NCBI GenBank assembly: GCA_965242925.1
Contig: CBDEUM010000018.1
Location: forward strand, 32,001-96,000
Length of the DNA stretch: 64,000 nt
Reading direction: 5' to 3'
Origin: Roseibacillus sp.
GTDB taxonomy: Bacteria; Verrucomicrobiota; Verrucomicrobiia; Verrucomicrobiales; Akkermansiaceae
The translations under genes were made by a program, and so were the position numbers. This document shows, one piece after another, positions 19,644-29,200 of the stretch. The notes under the pieces were generated by a model. That model was not told the DNA's origin. It searched no databases and was given only the letters and a program-made list of their open reading frames with translations. Numbering within the stretch: the stretch's first letter is position 1; the number at the start of each line of letters is the position of its first letter.

Positions 19644-20864
19644 ATGTCCACCATCGCGGTTCTCGGAACCCTCGACTCCAAGGGGGCGGAGCATGCCTTT
19701 GTGGCGGAGCAGATCCGTGCCCGCGGACACGATGTGGTCCTCATTGACGTAGGCACCGGCGGTGAACCTGAAGTAAGCCCGGCGATCACCCGTTTCGAGG
19801 TGGCTGCTGCCGGGGGCATCGATCTTCAGCCGATTCTCGACCGGCGCGACCGAGGCGAATGCGTGGGAGCGATGGCACAGGCGGTGCCCGTGCTCATGGC
19901 TCAACTGGTGGAGCAGGGCAGGATTGAGGGAGTGATCTCGCTGGGGGGCGGAGGAGGCACGGCCATCGCAACCGCGGCCATGCGGGTTCTCCCGGTGGGA
20001 TTCCCCAAGCTCATGGTCTCCACCCTGGCGAGCGGCAACACGGCTCACTATGTGGGCATCCGGGATATCGTCATGATGCCCAGTATCGTGGACGTCTCGG
20101 GGCTGAACCCGGTTTCACGCACCATCTTCACGCGGGCGGCAGGGGCCATCTGCGGAATGGTGGACAGCGAGGTGGACGTCAGTGACTCAAGGCCGATCGT
20201 AGCGGCCAGCATGTTCGGCAATACCACCGATCTCGTTTCGATGGCACGTGTGCAGCTGGAGGCAGCGGGCTACGAAGTGCTGGTCTTCCACGCCACCGGG
20301 ACGGGTGGCAAAACGATGGAAGCTCTCATCGAGAGTGGGATGGTGGCCGGGGTGCTGGACGTGACCACCACCGAGTGGGCTGACGAGCTGGTCGGCGGGG
20401 TGCTGACGGCCGGTCCGGATCGCCTTGATGCCATGAGCAGGGCGGCGGTGCCCGCAGTCATCGCACCCGGGTGTCTCGACATGGTGAATTTTGGAGAGCG
20501 CGATACGGTGCCGCAGGAATTCGAGGGTCGTGCCATTTATGAGCACAACCCGCAGGTGACCCTGGTGCGTACCAGCGCGGAAGAGTGTGTCGAGCTCGGC
20601 AGGATCCTGGCGCGGAAAGCCAACGCCAACGGGGCTCCGACCGGCATCCTCATCCCTACCAGGGCGATCAGCATGATAAGTGCTGCCGGGCAGGCTTTTC
20701 ATGATCCCGTGGCGGACGCGGCACTTTTCAGCGCGATCCGGGAAGAAGCCGAGGTGGGGGTGCAGGAGCTGGCGGTTGAGATCAACAGTGAGGAATTCGC
20801 CAAGGCCTGTGCAGAGAAACTGCTTGAGCTGATGGGCGGGGACGGATCGCCCTCTTCAGCTTGA
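19644..20864 (+). CDS. UPF0261 / Tm-1-like ATP-binding domain protein
   Basis: GTLDSKG.E, GGGGGT, MR.LPVGFPKLMVST, PSIVD.SGLN, SMFGNTT, VFHATG.GG, D.TTTE.ADE..GG, PG.LDMVNFG, HNPQVTL.RT. Confidence 0.92.
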   Translation: MSTIAVLGTLDSKGAEHAFVAEQIRARGHDVVLIDVGTGGEPEVSPAITRFEVAAAGGIDLQPILDRRDRGECVGAMAQAVPVLMAQLVEQGRIEGVISLGGGGGTAIATAAMRVLPVGFPKLMVSTLASGNTAHYVGIRDIVMMPSIVDVSGLNPVSRTIFTRAAGAICGMVDSEVDVSDSRPIVAASMFGNTTDLVSMARVQLEAAGYEVLVFHATGTGGKTMEALIESGMVAGVLDVTTTEWADELVGGVLTAGPDRLDAMSRAAVPAVIAPGCLDMVNFGERDTVPQEFEGRAIYEHNPQVTLVRTSAEECVELGRILARKANANGAPTGILIPTRAISMISAAGQAFHDPVADAALFSAIREEAEVGVQELAVEINSEEFAKACAEKLLELMGGDGSPSSA

Positions 20865-20930
20865 GAGGCCGCACCAGCGCACCGGAGAGTAATTTGCTGC
20901 AATTGAGATCCCCGGATCACTCCTCCGCGG

Positions 20931-22673
20931 TTATTCATCTTCCGCTCCGCCCAGGGTCACGTTGATATTGTATTTGTTCTGAAGGTGGGCGTGGGCCCGG
21001 GCTGCCTGCTTGCTTTTCGGGTAGCGTCTGCAGGTGAGCTGGAAAGTGCGGATGGCGTTCTTGGCCTCCTTGGCTTCCTCGTAGGTGTAGGCGATTTCAA
21101 GGGTGGCCCTCGGAGCTGAGGCATCGTTGACCAGGCATTGCCTGTAGAGAGCGACAGCCTCCTTGTGCTCTCCGATCCTGCGATGGCAGATCGCCATGGC
21201 GAAGTGGGTTTTGGGGAAATCGTCGATCTGGCGGTACATCCCGATAGCCTTCTTCCACTCCGACATGCTTTCGTAGCAGCCGCCGATGGACCACTGGTAG
21301 CCCGGGGCGTTCTTGCCGTTGAGATCGATGAGCTTGACGAACACGGCGATGGCCTCGTTGAACTTGCTCATTCCCTGGTAAATCTGCGCGATCGTCTCCA
21401 GGTAACCGACCTCGTTGTCGCTGTTGAGAGCGATCAGCCGATGAAGCACCTTGATGGCCTCGGCTGGCTGCTTCACGGATTGGAGCATGGTGGCCAGTGC
21501 CTCGAGTCCCGCCACCCTGTTGTCGTACTCTTCGTAAAGCCGCCGGGCATTCTTGATGTTCTCCCGGCTCATGTGCCACTGGGCCATGCGCCCGCGGAGG
21601 TCGTCATTCCGTCCAAATTTCTCCTCTACCTCCTCGTAGATGGTCCAGATTTTGTTTGGACGGCCCAGCGTTCCGTGCAGGCCGGCGATACGGTAGAGAT
21701 GACTCCTGGCATTCTGGGAATCTTCAATGGAGTCCCGACGCACCTGAGCGATGAGCTGGTCGCCGAGTTTGAGGGCGGACCGCCTCGTCTTATCCTCCTT
21801 GAGGAGGTGGTTCATGGTCTTGACCGTCATGTCGAAGACCACCTGGATGAGTTTCTCGTCCTTGTAGCTGGTGGCCAGGGCCTTCCTGCCGGCAGCGAAG
21901 TCCTGGGCGAAGAAATACATGGTGGCGAGTTCCTGGCAGGACTGGACACAGGCGCTGGTGCTCCACTCCGTGCGTTTCATCACGTAGGTCAGGCCCTTCA
22001 GGATCTCGAGAATCCCGTCGCCGTTCTGGTGCAAGCGGGCGTAATGAAGGAGGTCGAGCGAGGAGCGCAGGGAGAGCGGAGTATCCGGGTATTCCTTGAG
22101 GACGAATTGGAAGGCGTTCTTTGCTTTTTTGACTTCTCCCATCTTCCGGTAGGCGTCGCCAATGCAGTAAGCCGCCACATTGGCAGAATGTGATTCGGGC
22201 CAGTAGTCGATGACCGACTGGAACCCTTCCCGCAGGGCGGTCTTGACCTTCTTGAGATGGATCTGGGTGTGGCTCCACATGAGTTGGGCGTAGGGAGCGC
22301 CGGGGCTCTTCTCGTAGAGGGTGAGGAACTTTTCATACTCCGCCAGGGCGACCTTGTAGTTCTTGCTGGTGTAGTACTTTTCGGCGATCTTGAGCTGGTA
22401 GCGTTCAACCTCCCGCATTTTTTCGAAGACGGGGAGGGGGATCTGCTCGAGGTCCGAGAGTGCATTGGCGGAGAGGGGGAAGAAGGCGAGCAGCAGCCCT
22501 GCCAGCGGTGCAAGCGTGGGGCCGCGATCCCGGGCCGGAGGGCGGGAGACCGTGGCAGGAAGCCAGCTCCGAAGGTGATCCGACCTGCGCTTCTTTGTGG
22601 GACGGGGGTTGTTCCCGTCCCTGCTTTCCGGCTCCCTTCCGGAGCTCAGTCTTCCTTGGTTGCCTCGAGCCAT
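20931..22673 (-). CDS. Exported tetratricopeptide repeat protein
   Basis: Multiple TPR-like units (YEKFLTLYEKSPGAPYA, FQSVIDYWPES, AF.FVLKEYPDT, FQLTCRRYPKSKQAARA). The signal-like segment lies about 55 aa after the only in-frame canonical start, so the start is uncertain. Confidence 0.8.
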   Translation of the reverse strand: MARGNQGRLSSGREPESRDGNNPRPTKKRRSDHLRSWLPATVSRPPARDRGPTLAPLAGLLLAFFPLSANALSDLEQIPLPVFEKMREVERYQLKIAEKYYTSKNYKVALAEYEKFLTLYEKSPGAPYAQLMWSHTQIHLKKVKTALREGFQSVIDYWPESHSANVAAYCIGDAYRKMGEVKKAKNAFQFVLKEYPDTPLSLRSSLDLLHYARLHQNGDGILEILKGLTYVMKRTEWSTSACVQSCQELATMYFFAQDFAAGRKALATSYKDEKLIQVVFDMTVKTMNHLLKEDKTRRSALKLGDQLIAQVRRDSIEDSQNARSHLYRIAGLHGTLGRPNKIWTIYEEVEEKFGRNDDLRGRMAQWHMSRENIKNARRLYEEYDNRVAGLEALATMLQSVKQPAEAIKVLHRLIALNSDNEVGYLETIAQIYQGMSKFNEAIAVFVKLIDLNGKNAPGYQWSIGGCYESMSEWKKAIGMYRQIDDFPKTHFAMAICHRRIGEHKEAVALYRQCLVNDASAPRATLEIAYTYEEAKEAKNAIRTFQLTCRRYPKSKQAARAHAHLQNKYNINVTLGGAEDE

Positions 22674-24067
22674 TTGTTGTATTCCGCGTGAGCGTAGAAG
22701 ATGATGTTCACTCCGAGCTGGAAGCAGGATTCCCAGATCTCGCGGGCTACCCCGGAGTGTCCGTCGGCCCAGGCATCGCCAATGTCGCCGGGATGGTAGT
22801 AGGTCACCAGACGACCATCAACCACCCAGCCAAGGGCATCGGTGCGACCATGCTTGGCGACATAGGGGAGCTTGGGCAGGGGGTAGGGGATCTGGTGGAT
22901 CTGGTGGTCAAGGTAGACCGTTATGGGTTCCACCCTGGGCAGAATCTTCTTCATCATGCCGACGAACTGACCTTCCCAGCCGCTGCTTCCCCCGTTGTCA
23001 CCGAAGAGCATGCCGTGCTTGTCGAGGAGATAGGAGCGCAGGATTTTGATCCCTTCCTCTCCCATCTGAATCTTCTGCTGGCCGGTCATGTAGACCATGG
23101 GAGGACTCTTGCGGGCCGGGAAGGCACGGAGGCGCTTGATATCCATGGGTTCGGGCCGGTCGCTGACGCGGTGCCCGGTGCGCACGCCATACTCGGTGAG
23201 CAGGTTAAGATCCGCTCCGCGGTCCATATCCTGTTGCCAGTCCCCCCCGTTGTACTTGAGACGGATGAAGCGCACCTTGCCGCGGGAAGTGCCTCCCGAG
23301 AATCCTGCACCCCGGCCTTCTCCCTGGCCCACCTTGTAGCGGTGAGCGGTTTCTTCGAGGAGCTGCAACCTGACATCGTCGATGGGGGGAGGATTGAAGA
23401 GGACGCTGCTGTAGGGGTTGATGATGTACTTCTTCTTGACCACCTTCTGAATCCTGACGACCTGTTTCAGACGTTCTTCCTCTCCGCCGCCGTAGGGCGA
23501 TTCGTAAATGGCGCAACCGGTCATGCTGTTGAAAATGAGGAAGGTGACGAGAAAGAGGGCGCTGTAGGCGCCCAGAGTGGCGGTGGACTGCCAGAGCTTG
23601 GGATTGCGGCGGCCAAAGTACCAGGCCCATCGGCGGAGCGGGTTCCAGGTGCGCTGTGGGTGGGGCGAGGGAGCCAGTTGCTTGGTTTTGCGGTCGACCG
23701 CCCAGACCACCCAGCACAGTCCGATGAAAAAGGAGATGGCTGCTCCGGCGCGGGAGAAGGCGTCCGAGAGCCGGTAGGCTGAGAAGACGAGAGGAACGAC
23801 CAAGGTAAACTGCCAGAGCGGGAGGAAGCCCACACTGAGAATGCCGCGGTAGAGGAGCGGCGAACGGCGACGCCAGTAACGGGCCCAGGAGAGGGGCACG
23901 GCGAGAGCCAGTCCGAATCCAATGGCGTGATTGAGGGGTGCAAGGTGGAAAAACAGGTGGGCGTCGGCCCAGAGGACGAGCCAGAGAACGGAGGCGTAGA
24001 CGGTAAGCGCGACCGGCTTTCGGCAATGGCGCAGAAACCAAGGCCCCACCTGTTTCCAGCAATTCAT
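22646..24067 (-). CDS. Polytopic membrane protein with C-terminal DUF4159 domain
   Basis: About five N-terminal hydrophobic segments; RFIRLKYNGGDW, PMVYMTG, LRSYL...GMLFGDN, DHQIHQ.PY, D.GDAW, FQLGVNIIFYA. Confidence 0.85.
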   Translation of the reverse strand: MNCWKQVGPWFLRHCRKPVALTVYASVLWLVLWADAHLFFHLAPLNHAIGFGLALAVPLSWARYWRRRSPLLYRGILSVGFLPLWQFTLVVPLVFSAYRLSDAFSRAGAAISFFIGLCWVVWAVDRKTKQLAPSPHPQRTWNPLRRWAWYFGRRNPKLWQSTATLGAYSALFLVTFLIFNSMTGCAIYESPYGGGEEERLKQVVRIQKVVKKKYIINPYSSVLFNPPPIDDVRLQLLEETAHRYKVGQGEGRGAGFSGGTSRGKVRFIRLKYNGGDWQQDMDRGADLNLLTEYGVRTGHRVSDRPEPMDIKRLRAFPARKSPPMVYMTGQQKIQMGEEGIKILRSYLLDKHGMLFGDNGGSSGWEGQFVGMMKKILPRVEPITVYLDHQIHQIPYPLPKLPYVAKHGRTDALGWVVDGRLVTYYHPGDIGDAWADGHSGVAREIWESCFQLGVNIIFYAHAEYNKWLEATKED

Positions 24068-24564
24068 TCGAGTCCGTCGAGGAAATTGTCCCTCTTGTTC
24101 TCCAGCGGATTCTTGTTGGGAGAGGCCTGCTTTTCCTCTGTTACGCCGAGGTTGGACAGGTTCGGTGCGGTCGGAGCGAGGGGATTGGCTTCCTGATCGG
24201 GGGGAGAAGGAGCGGTTGGGTCGGACGCTGGCCTGGGAATGGCCGGTTCCGCGGCGGAGGGTTGGCCGGATTTTCCGGAGGGTGCTTTCTCCCGGGGTTT
24301 GCCGGCGCCTATCGCAAAGGGGATGGCTGTAAGGAGCAATCCACCCGCGAGGACGATCATGGTGGAGATGCAGATGGCGCGGAAGAGCTGACTGGCTGCA
24401 ACGATGCCGAGCATCTCCTGCGGAGATCTGTCCTGGAGTTGTTTGAGAAAGCTCTTTAGCTCTGCTACGGTAGCGTTGCTGCTACTCCGAAGGTTGCGTA
24501 ACTCGCTCTTCGGGTTCGCCATGGGTTGAGGCGGATCTTCGCTGCTCTCGGGCTGGATTTTCAT
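24064..24564 (-). CDS. Hypothetical single-pass membrane protein with Pro-rich tail
   Basis: ELK.FLKQL..RSPQEMLG.VA.S.L, one long hydrophobic segment, then a P/A-rich C-terminus; 4-nt overlaps with both neighbours. Confidence 0.75.
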   Translation of the reverse strand: MKIQPESSEDPPQPMANPKSELRNLRSSSNATVAELKSFLKQLQDRSPQEMLGIVAASQLFRAICISTMIVLAGGLLLTAIPFAIGAGKPREKAPSGKSGQPSAAEPAIPRPASDPTAPSPPDQEANPLAPTAPNLSNLGVTEEKQASPNKNPLENKRDNFLDGLE

Positions 24565-24974
24565 GACTCGGGTTCCGGTTCTGGTTCAAGAATGTGGACG
24601 AGGTCGCCACCGGCTTCCCCGATGGCTTGAATGACGGGTTCAAAGTGTCGGGCCTGCGCTTCCCGGTGGACTTTCAGGAAGACGTTGCGCTGTCCGGCGG
24701 GAGTCTTCCCGAGGATGGCGTTGAGGCGGGGACCGAGCAGCTCGTTCTTGATCTCTTCGCCATTGAGGTAGGTCTTGTAGGCGCTGTCGATGGCCACATT
24801 GGCGAGGGTGGCGCCGGCCCCTTCCAGATCGGAGAGAATGGCGGGGTCCCATTGCACGTGGCTGTCGTCCTGCACGCGGGCCAGGATGACGAAGAATATC
24901 AGAAGCAGAAAGCCGATGTCGCCCATCGCGAAGGAGGGAACAGTGGCGGCCATCTTTCGGCGTGCGATCTTCAT
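24561..24974 (-). CDS. exbD: ExbD/TolR family biopolymer transport protein (second copy)
   Basis: AMGDIGFLLLIFFVI TM with the conserved Asp; YLNGE; V.LKV.REA..F..V..I..AG. Confidence 0.88.
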   Translation of the reverse strand: MKIARRKMAATVPSFAMGDIGFLLLIFFVILARVQDDSHVQWDPAILSDLEGAGATLANVAIDSAYKTYLNGEEIKNELLGPRLNAILGKTPAGQRNVFLKVHREAQARHFEPVIQAIGEAGGDLVHILEPEPEPES

Positions 24975-25072
24975 CTACTCAACAGGTGAGATCCATCCGC
25001 GCCTGTTGGTGGCACTGCCGTGATTGCGGAAGGCGGCGGAGTCGCGGGGATGGGTTGTGGCTGGATTCTCAT
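24971..25072 (-). CDS. Candidate 33-aa Pro-rich small ORF between the two exbD genes
   Basis: MRIQPQPIPATPPPSAITAVPPTGADGSHLLSR. ATG is 1 nt after the upstream stop and its TGA overlaps the next ATG (ATGA). Codon usage is atypical. Confidence 0.3.
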   Translation of the reverse strand: MRIQPQPIPATPPPSAITAVPPTGADGSHLLSR

Positions 25073-25073
25073 T

Positions 25074-25496
25074 TCAATCCACGGTAATGGTTCGTTCGCT
25101 CTCCAGTTCGAGGGTGATCACTCCGCCCGCATCATCGATGACCTGCGAGACCCGGATCCAGTGGTCGTAGGGCGTTTTCGGAGCGCTCTTTACGACCACT
25201 ACCTTGTCTTCAGGGCGCTTCTTGGCCTGCAGGGCGGCGGCGAGACGGCGGCGGAACTCGTCCAGATTGAGAGGACTGCCGTTGAGCACGATGCTGGTGG
25301 GGGTGATGGAGACCTCAAGGTTCCTGCTCTGCTGCTTGCTGTCCTGCTTTTCCTCGGTGCGTGGCAGGGTCTGGGCCATTCCGGTTTCAGGTTGCACGGA
25401 GGCACAGACCAGGAAGAAGATGATGAGAATGAAGGCGATGTCCGAACTGGACGCAGCCGGAGGATCAACCAGGAGCTGACGACGGGGGAGCTTCAC
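25074..25496 (-). CDS. exbD: ExbD/TolR family biopolymer transport protein (first copy)
   Basis: GTG start overlapping the exbB stop; SSDIAFILIIFFLV with the conserved Asp; LP; VLNG; VVVKS...PY..W..V...I..AG. Confidence 0.9.
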   Translation of the reverse strand: MKLPRRQLLVDPPAASSSDIAFILIIFFLVCASVQPETGMAQTLPRTEEKQDSKQQSRNLEVSITPTSIVLNGSPLNLDEFRRRLAAALQAKKRPEDKVVVVKSAPKTPYDHWIRVSQVIDDAGGVITLELESERTITVD

Positions 25497-26257
25497 TGTT
25501 CCTTGTTCAGGGTCAGATGGAGGCTGACCACTTCGATGAGTTCCGCTGCGGAAGACTCCACCTGCAGGACGAAGTCGTTGATGATTCCGGTGAAGTAGTT
25601 GAAGGCCATGTAGGCGGGGATTCCCACACACAGTCCGAAGGCGGTGGTGAGGAGAGCTACCCGGATTCCCGCCGCAGCAGCCTGCACGATGTTCTGCTGA
25701 CCCACGTTGGCCTCGATGTCGCCGAAGGCCACGATCATTCCCTGCACGGTGCCGAGGAAGCCCAGCATGGGCGCCACACTGGCAATGGTGGCCAGCAGGG
25801 GAAGGTGTCGCTCAAGGGCGGCCACGATATGCACCCCGGAGTTCTCCATGCTTTTTATGACCTGTTCCTCAAGCTGGGCCTGGTCATATTTCAGGCGGCG
25901 CAGGACGAGATACTTGCGCAGGCCACTGGAGAGGACGGCGGGAACCGGACCCTGTGATCTGTCACAGAGGCTGAGTGATTCCTCAACCCTGTCCTCGGAG
26001 AGCAGGGTGGTCACTTCCTCGCGCAAGCTGCTGGAATCGACTTCCAGCAGCTTGAGACTGCGATAGCGCTCGATCACGACTGCAAGGACCAGGATGAGAA
26101 GGATGAGGATGGGCCACATGAAGATTCCCCCTTCCAGGAAGATGCCGATCGCACCGCTGCTGAAGAAGTCCCGGAAAAACTCCATGGCCTTGTTCAGTGC
26201 CCCGGTGGTTTCCTCGGAGGCGGCAGATTGGGCAAGCAGGGGGGGGAGGTATGGCAT
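25493..26257 (-). CDS. exbB: MotA/TolQ/ExbB proton channel family protein
   Basis: GGIFMWPI; LATIASVAPMLGFLGTVQGMI.AF; GI.VALLTTAFGL.VGIPA (conserved Thr and Pro residues intact). Confidence 0.95.
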   Translation of the reverse strand: MPYLPPLLAQSAASEETTGALNKAMEFFRDFFSSGAIGIFLEGGIFMWPILILLILVLAVVIERYRSLKLLEVDSSSLREEVTTLLSEDRVEESLSLCDRSQGPVPAVLSSGLRKYLVLRRLKYDQAQLEEQVIKSMENSGVHIVAALERHLPLLATIASVAPMLGFLGTVQGMIVAFGDIEANVGQQNIVQAAAAGIRVALLTTAFGLCVGIPAYMAFNYFTGIINDFVLQVESSAAELIEVVSLHLTLNKEQ

Positions 26258-26268
26258 GGGGGTATGGG

Positions 26269-29200
26269 TTATTCGTCGTCCAGGTTCGCTTCGCGTTCAA
26301 ACTGGGCCAGCATCTCGGGCAGGGCAAGACGTCCGCGGGCATACTTGGCAGCGTCGGACTCGGGAAAGTCCCAGCGACAGAGGTTGTAACGCCGGAAGGC
26401 GTTGGGAACGTCGTTGTCCATGCGGTAGCTTTCCCCTGCCCAGAAGAGTGCCTGGGCGGTGAGTTCCTCTTCCGGGAAGCGCTTGACGAACTCGTCGAAG
26501 GCGGTTCCCGCCTTCTCATAGGACTCGTCCTTGTAGTGGCACTGGCCGATCCGGAACCCCATCTTGGGCGTCCATTCGTGGTTGGGGAACTTCTCCAGGA
26601 ATTTCACTCCCACGCTGGCAGCCACCGGGTAGTCCTCCTTGTTGTAGAAGTGCTCGTTGATGCGGAGCATGACATTGGCGATGAGGGGGCTCTTTGGATA
26701 AGTGGCAGCCAGAGTGACGTAGGACTCAAGCGCCTCGTCCAGTTGAGCAGCCTGTTCGTAGCACTGGCCGAGCTTGTACTGGGCGTCCGGAGCCAGCTTG
26801 TGTTCGGGATATCCCCGGACGATGGACTTATAGGCCGCGATGGCTTCATCCCATTCCTTCAACTCCTGTGCAAACTGTCCCAGAAGGTAGGCAATACGTG
26901 GCGCATATCTTGGATGAGGGTAGTCTTCCTTCACCTCGCGCAGGACCCGTCGTCCCAGGCTCAGATTGGCCAGGGCCTCTTCTTCCTGCTCCAGTTTGAG
27001 GTGGCTCTTGAAGAGTTCAAAGTAGCTCTCCGCAATGTGGAACTGGGTCTGGATGGCGAGATCCTCATTCTTGTAGACCTTGCTGAAGGCGGACATGATG
27101 CCGTCCGTTCCTACTGCGACGGGAAGGCCCACCGTAATGATGGGCTCACCCTCGGCCGTGTGGATCACGTTGTCGAGATAGCCCACCGTGAGGGCGTCAC
27201 CGAAAAAGCACTCCACCTCACCCTGTGAGTTGCCGGGGGCAGGCTGGGTCGAGGACTTGAGAGGGAAAGAGCCGCTGAAGATCCCGCTATGACTGAGAGT
27301 CTCTTCCACTTCAAGGGTTTCGTCCTCCCCCGACCCGGTCTTGACCCGGATCAGGGCCTTGTCCCGTTCGCCCGAGATGTCGAGGTCGGGGTCCTTGAGC
27401 CAGAGGTAGATCTTCTTGCCCAAATAGGCAATCTCGGCGTCTTCCTGGTATTCCTCGTCGGTAAGGCGGAGAGTGGCGGCGGTGGCGAGTTCGGCGTGGG
27501 CGGCTCGTTCTACGGCCTCGCCGGAGGGTCGGCGCTCGTCCTGATAGCGGGTTACGAACCTGTCCTGGCCGTTCACATTGAGGACGAGGAGACCAGGTTC
27601 CCGCTCTGGACCTCCATCCAGGAGATCCCCCTCCGCTGCGGGTGGCGGCAGGACGCGCCCCAGTCCGGGGCGTGCGATCGTGCCGTCCGCAGGGACGGAG
27701 GCCGCGCTGTTGAGATCGCCCAGGAGCAGGGGGACCTGCCCCACGAACCGTCCTTCCCAGAGGGCAGCATTTCCGACCTGGTCAACTTCCTCGGTGGCCG
27801 GGGCAAACCCGCGGGAGAGGACGCATTCCACCTTCACGCGGGAACCCTGCGTGGTTTCCACTTCCACGGTCACCGTACTCTGGGAGTCCTTGGCCTGGTC
27901 CGGGTCGATGACTTCCACGGTGAGAGGCAGATAATAGTCGATCTTACTTACATGGTCGGTGGGACGGGTTGCCGCCACCGGGACAAAGGTGCGTTCACCC
28001 TCCACAGCCTTCACGCTGTCAACGATCTGCAGGATCGCCTCCGTCGGCTCGTTGAGAAGGACCACCGCCTCGCGGTAGGAAGCGTGACCGGGGAAGGTGT
28101 TCTGCTCGTCCTTGTAGCGAAGGTAGATCTTGTCACCCTGTTTCACCACCAGCTTTTCGCCGTCGGGCTGGGCAGCAGTATCGATTTCGGCCACGAAGAT
28201 CCCGGTGGAAGTCCCGGTTTCAGTAGCGGTCAGGGAGCGGCGTGTATTGGCATTGACCTGGACCTGCACTTCGACGGAGTCCTTTCCGCTGGTGGTGTCC
28301 AGGTCGTAGTCGACCACTTCAGCCACGATGCGCTCGCCAGGCTCGATCCGCAGGAGTTCCTTGCGCGCCCCCCTCACCGATCCGTCTCCACCGCGAATGA
28401 AGTTGTAACTGATAGGCGTGATTCCGCCGTTGTGGTAGGTGGCGGTCAGGCGGGCGGTGAGCAGCTTGTTGCGCTGGGCGCCCCCCGCGGTGATCTCGTC
28501 GAGGTAGGAAACCTCCACCGTGTCACCGGGGGCCAGCTCAAGAATGTCATTCCCGGCCAACTGGAGGACATCCTGCTCCGGTGGCACGTGCAGGGTTGCT
28601 CCACCCCTTACCTCGATGTGATTGACGGCGACGGCTTCCCCCCGGTACTCGAGAATTTGATATTCAAGAAAGCGCATCTCGTGGGAGGGAAGGGACAGTC
28701 TCCAGACATTCTCCTGCTGGGTGATGAGGCCTTCGAGCGGTCCCTCGATCCGGGGGAAGTCCGCGGCCCGGCTCAGGTCGAAGTCCTGTTCATTAAAATT
28801 ACGGAGGGTTACGCTGGCAGTCTGGGCATTGTCCCGGGCCCGGGTGGCGCTTCCCGCTTCCCCTCCGGCCGAGACGATGGAGACCACGGTAATGGTGTGT
28901 ACTCCCGCCCTGGCGTAGATATCCGCTTCCCGGCCACCCTCCCCCATGGGCAATTCAAGGCGGCCATCGATCATGAGACCGGTGTGTTGACCGGTCACCG
29001 AGAAACGCATCCCACCTTCCCTCTCCTGAAAGAACCTGCCGGACCAGACGAGGAAGAACGCGTCCTCACCCTCTCCCGGTGGTGACCAGGAGAGCCGCGT
29101 GACGTTTTCCTCAAGGTCAGGGTTGATCTTCTCGACGAGGCTTACGATATCTTTCCAGGCGTAGCTTTGGAGCAACTTGCTCTTCTGGGTCTTGTAGAGG

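Noticed and set aside
24561..26257. Flagellar MotAB stator or canonical Tol-Pal/TonB locus
   Set aside because: The partners are ExbD-type without an OmpA-like peptidoglycan-binding domain; no flagellar genes, tolA/tolB/pal, tonB or receptor nearby.
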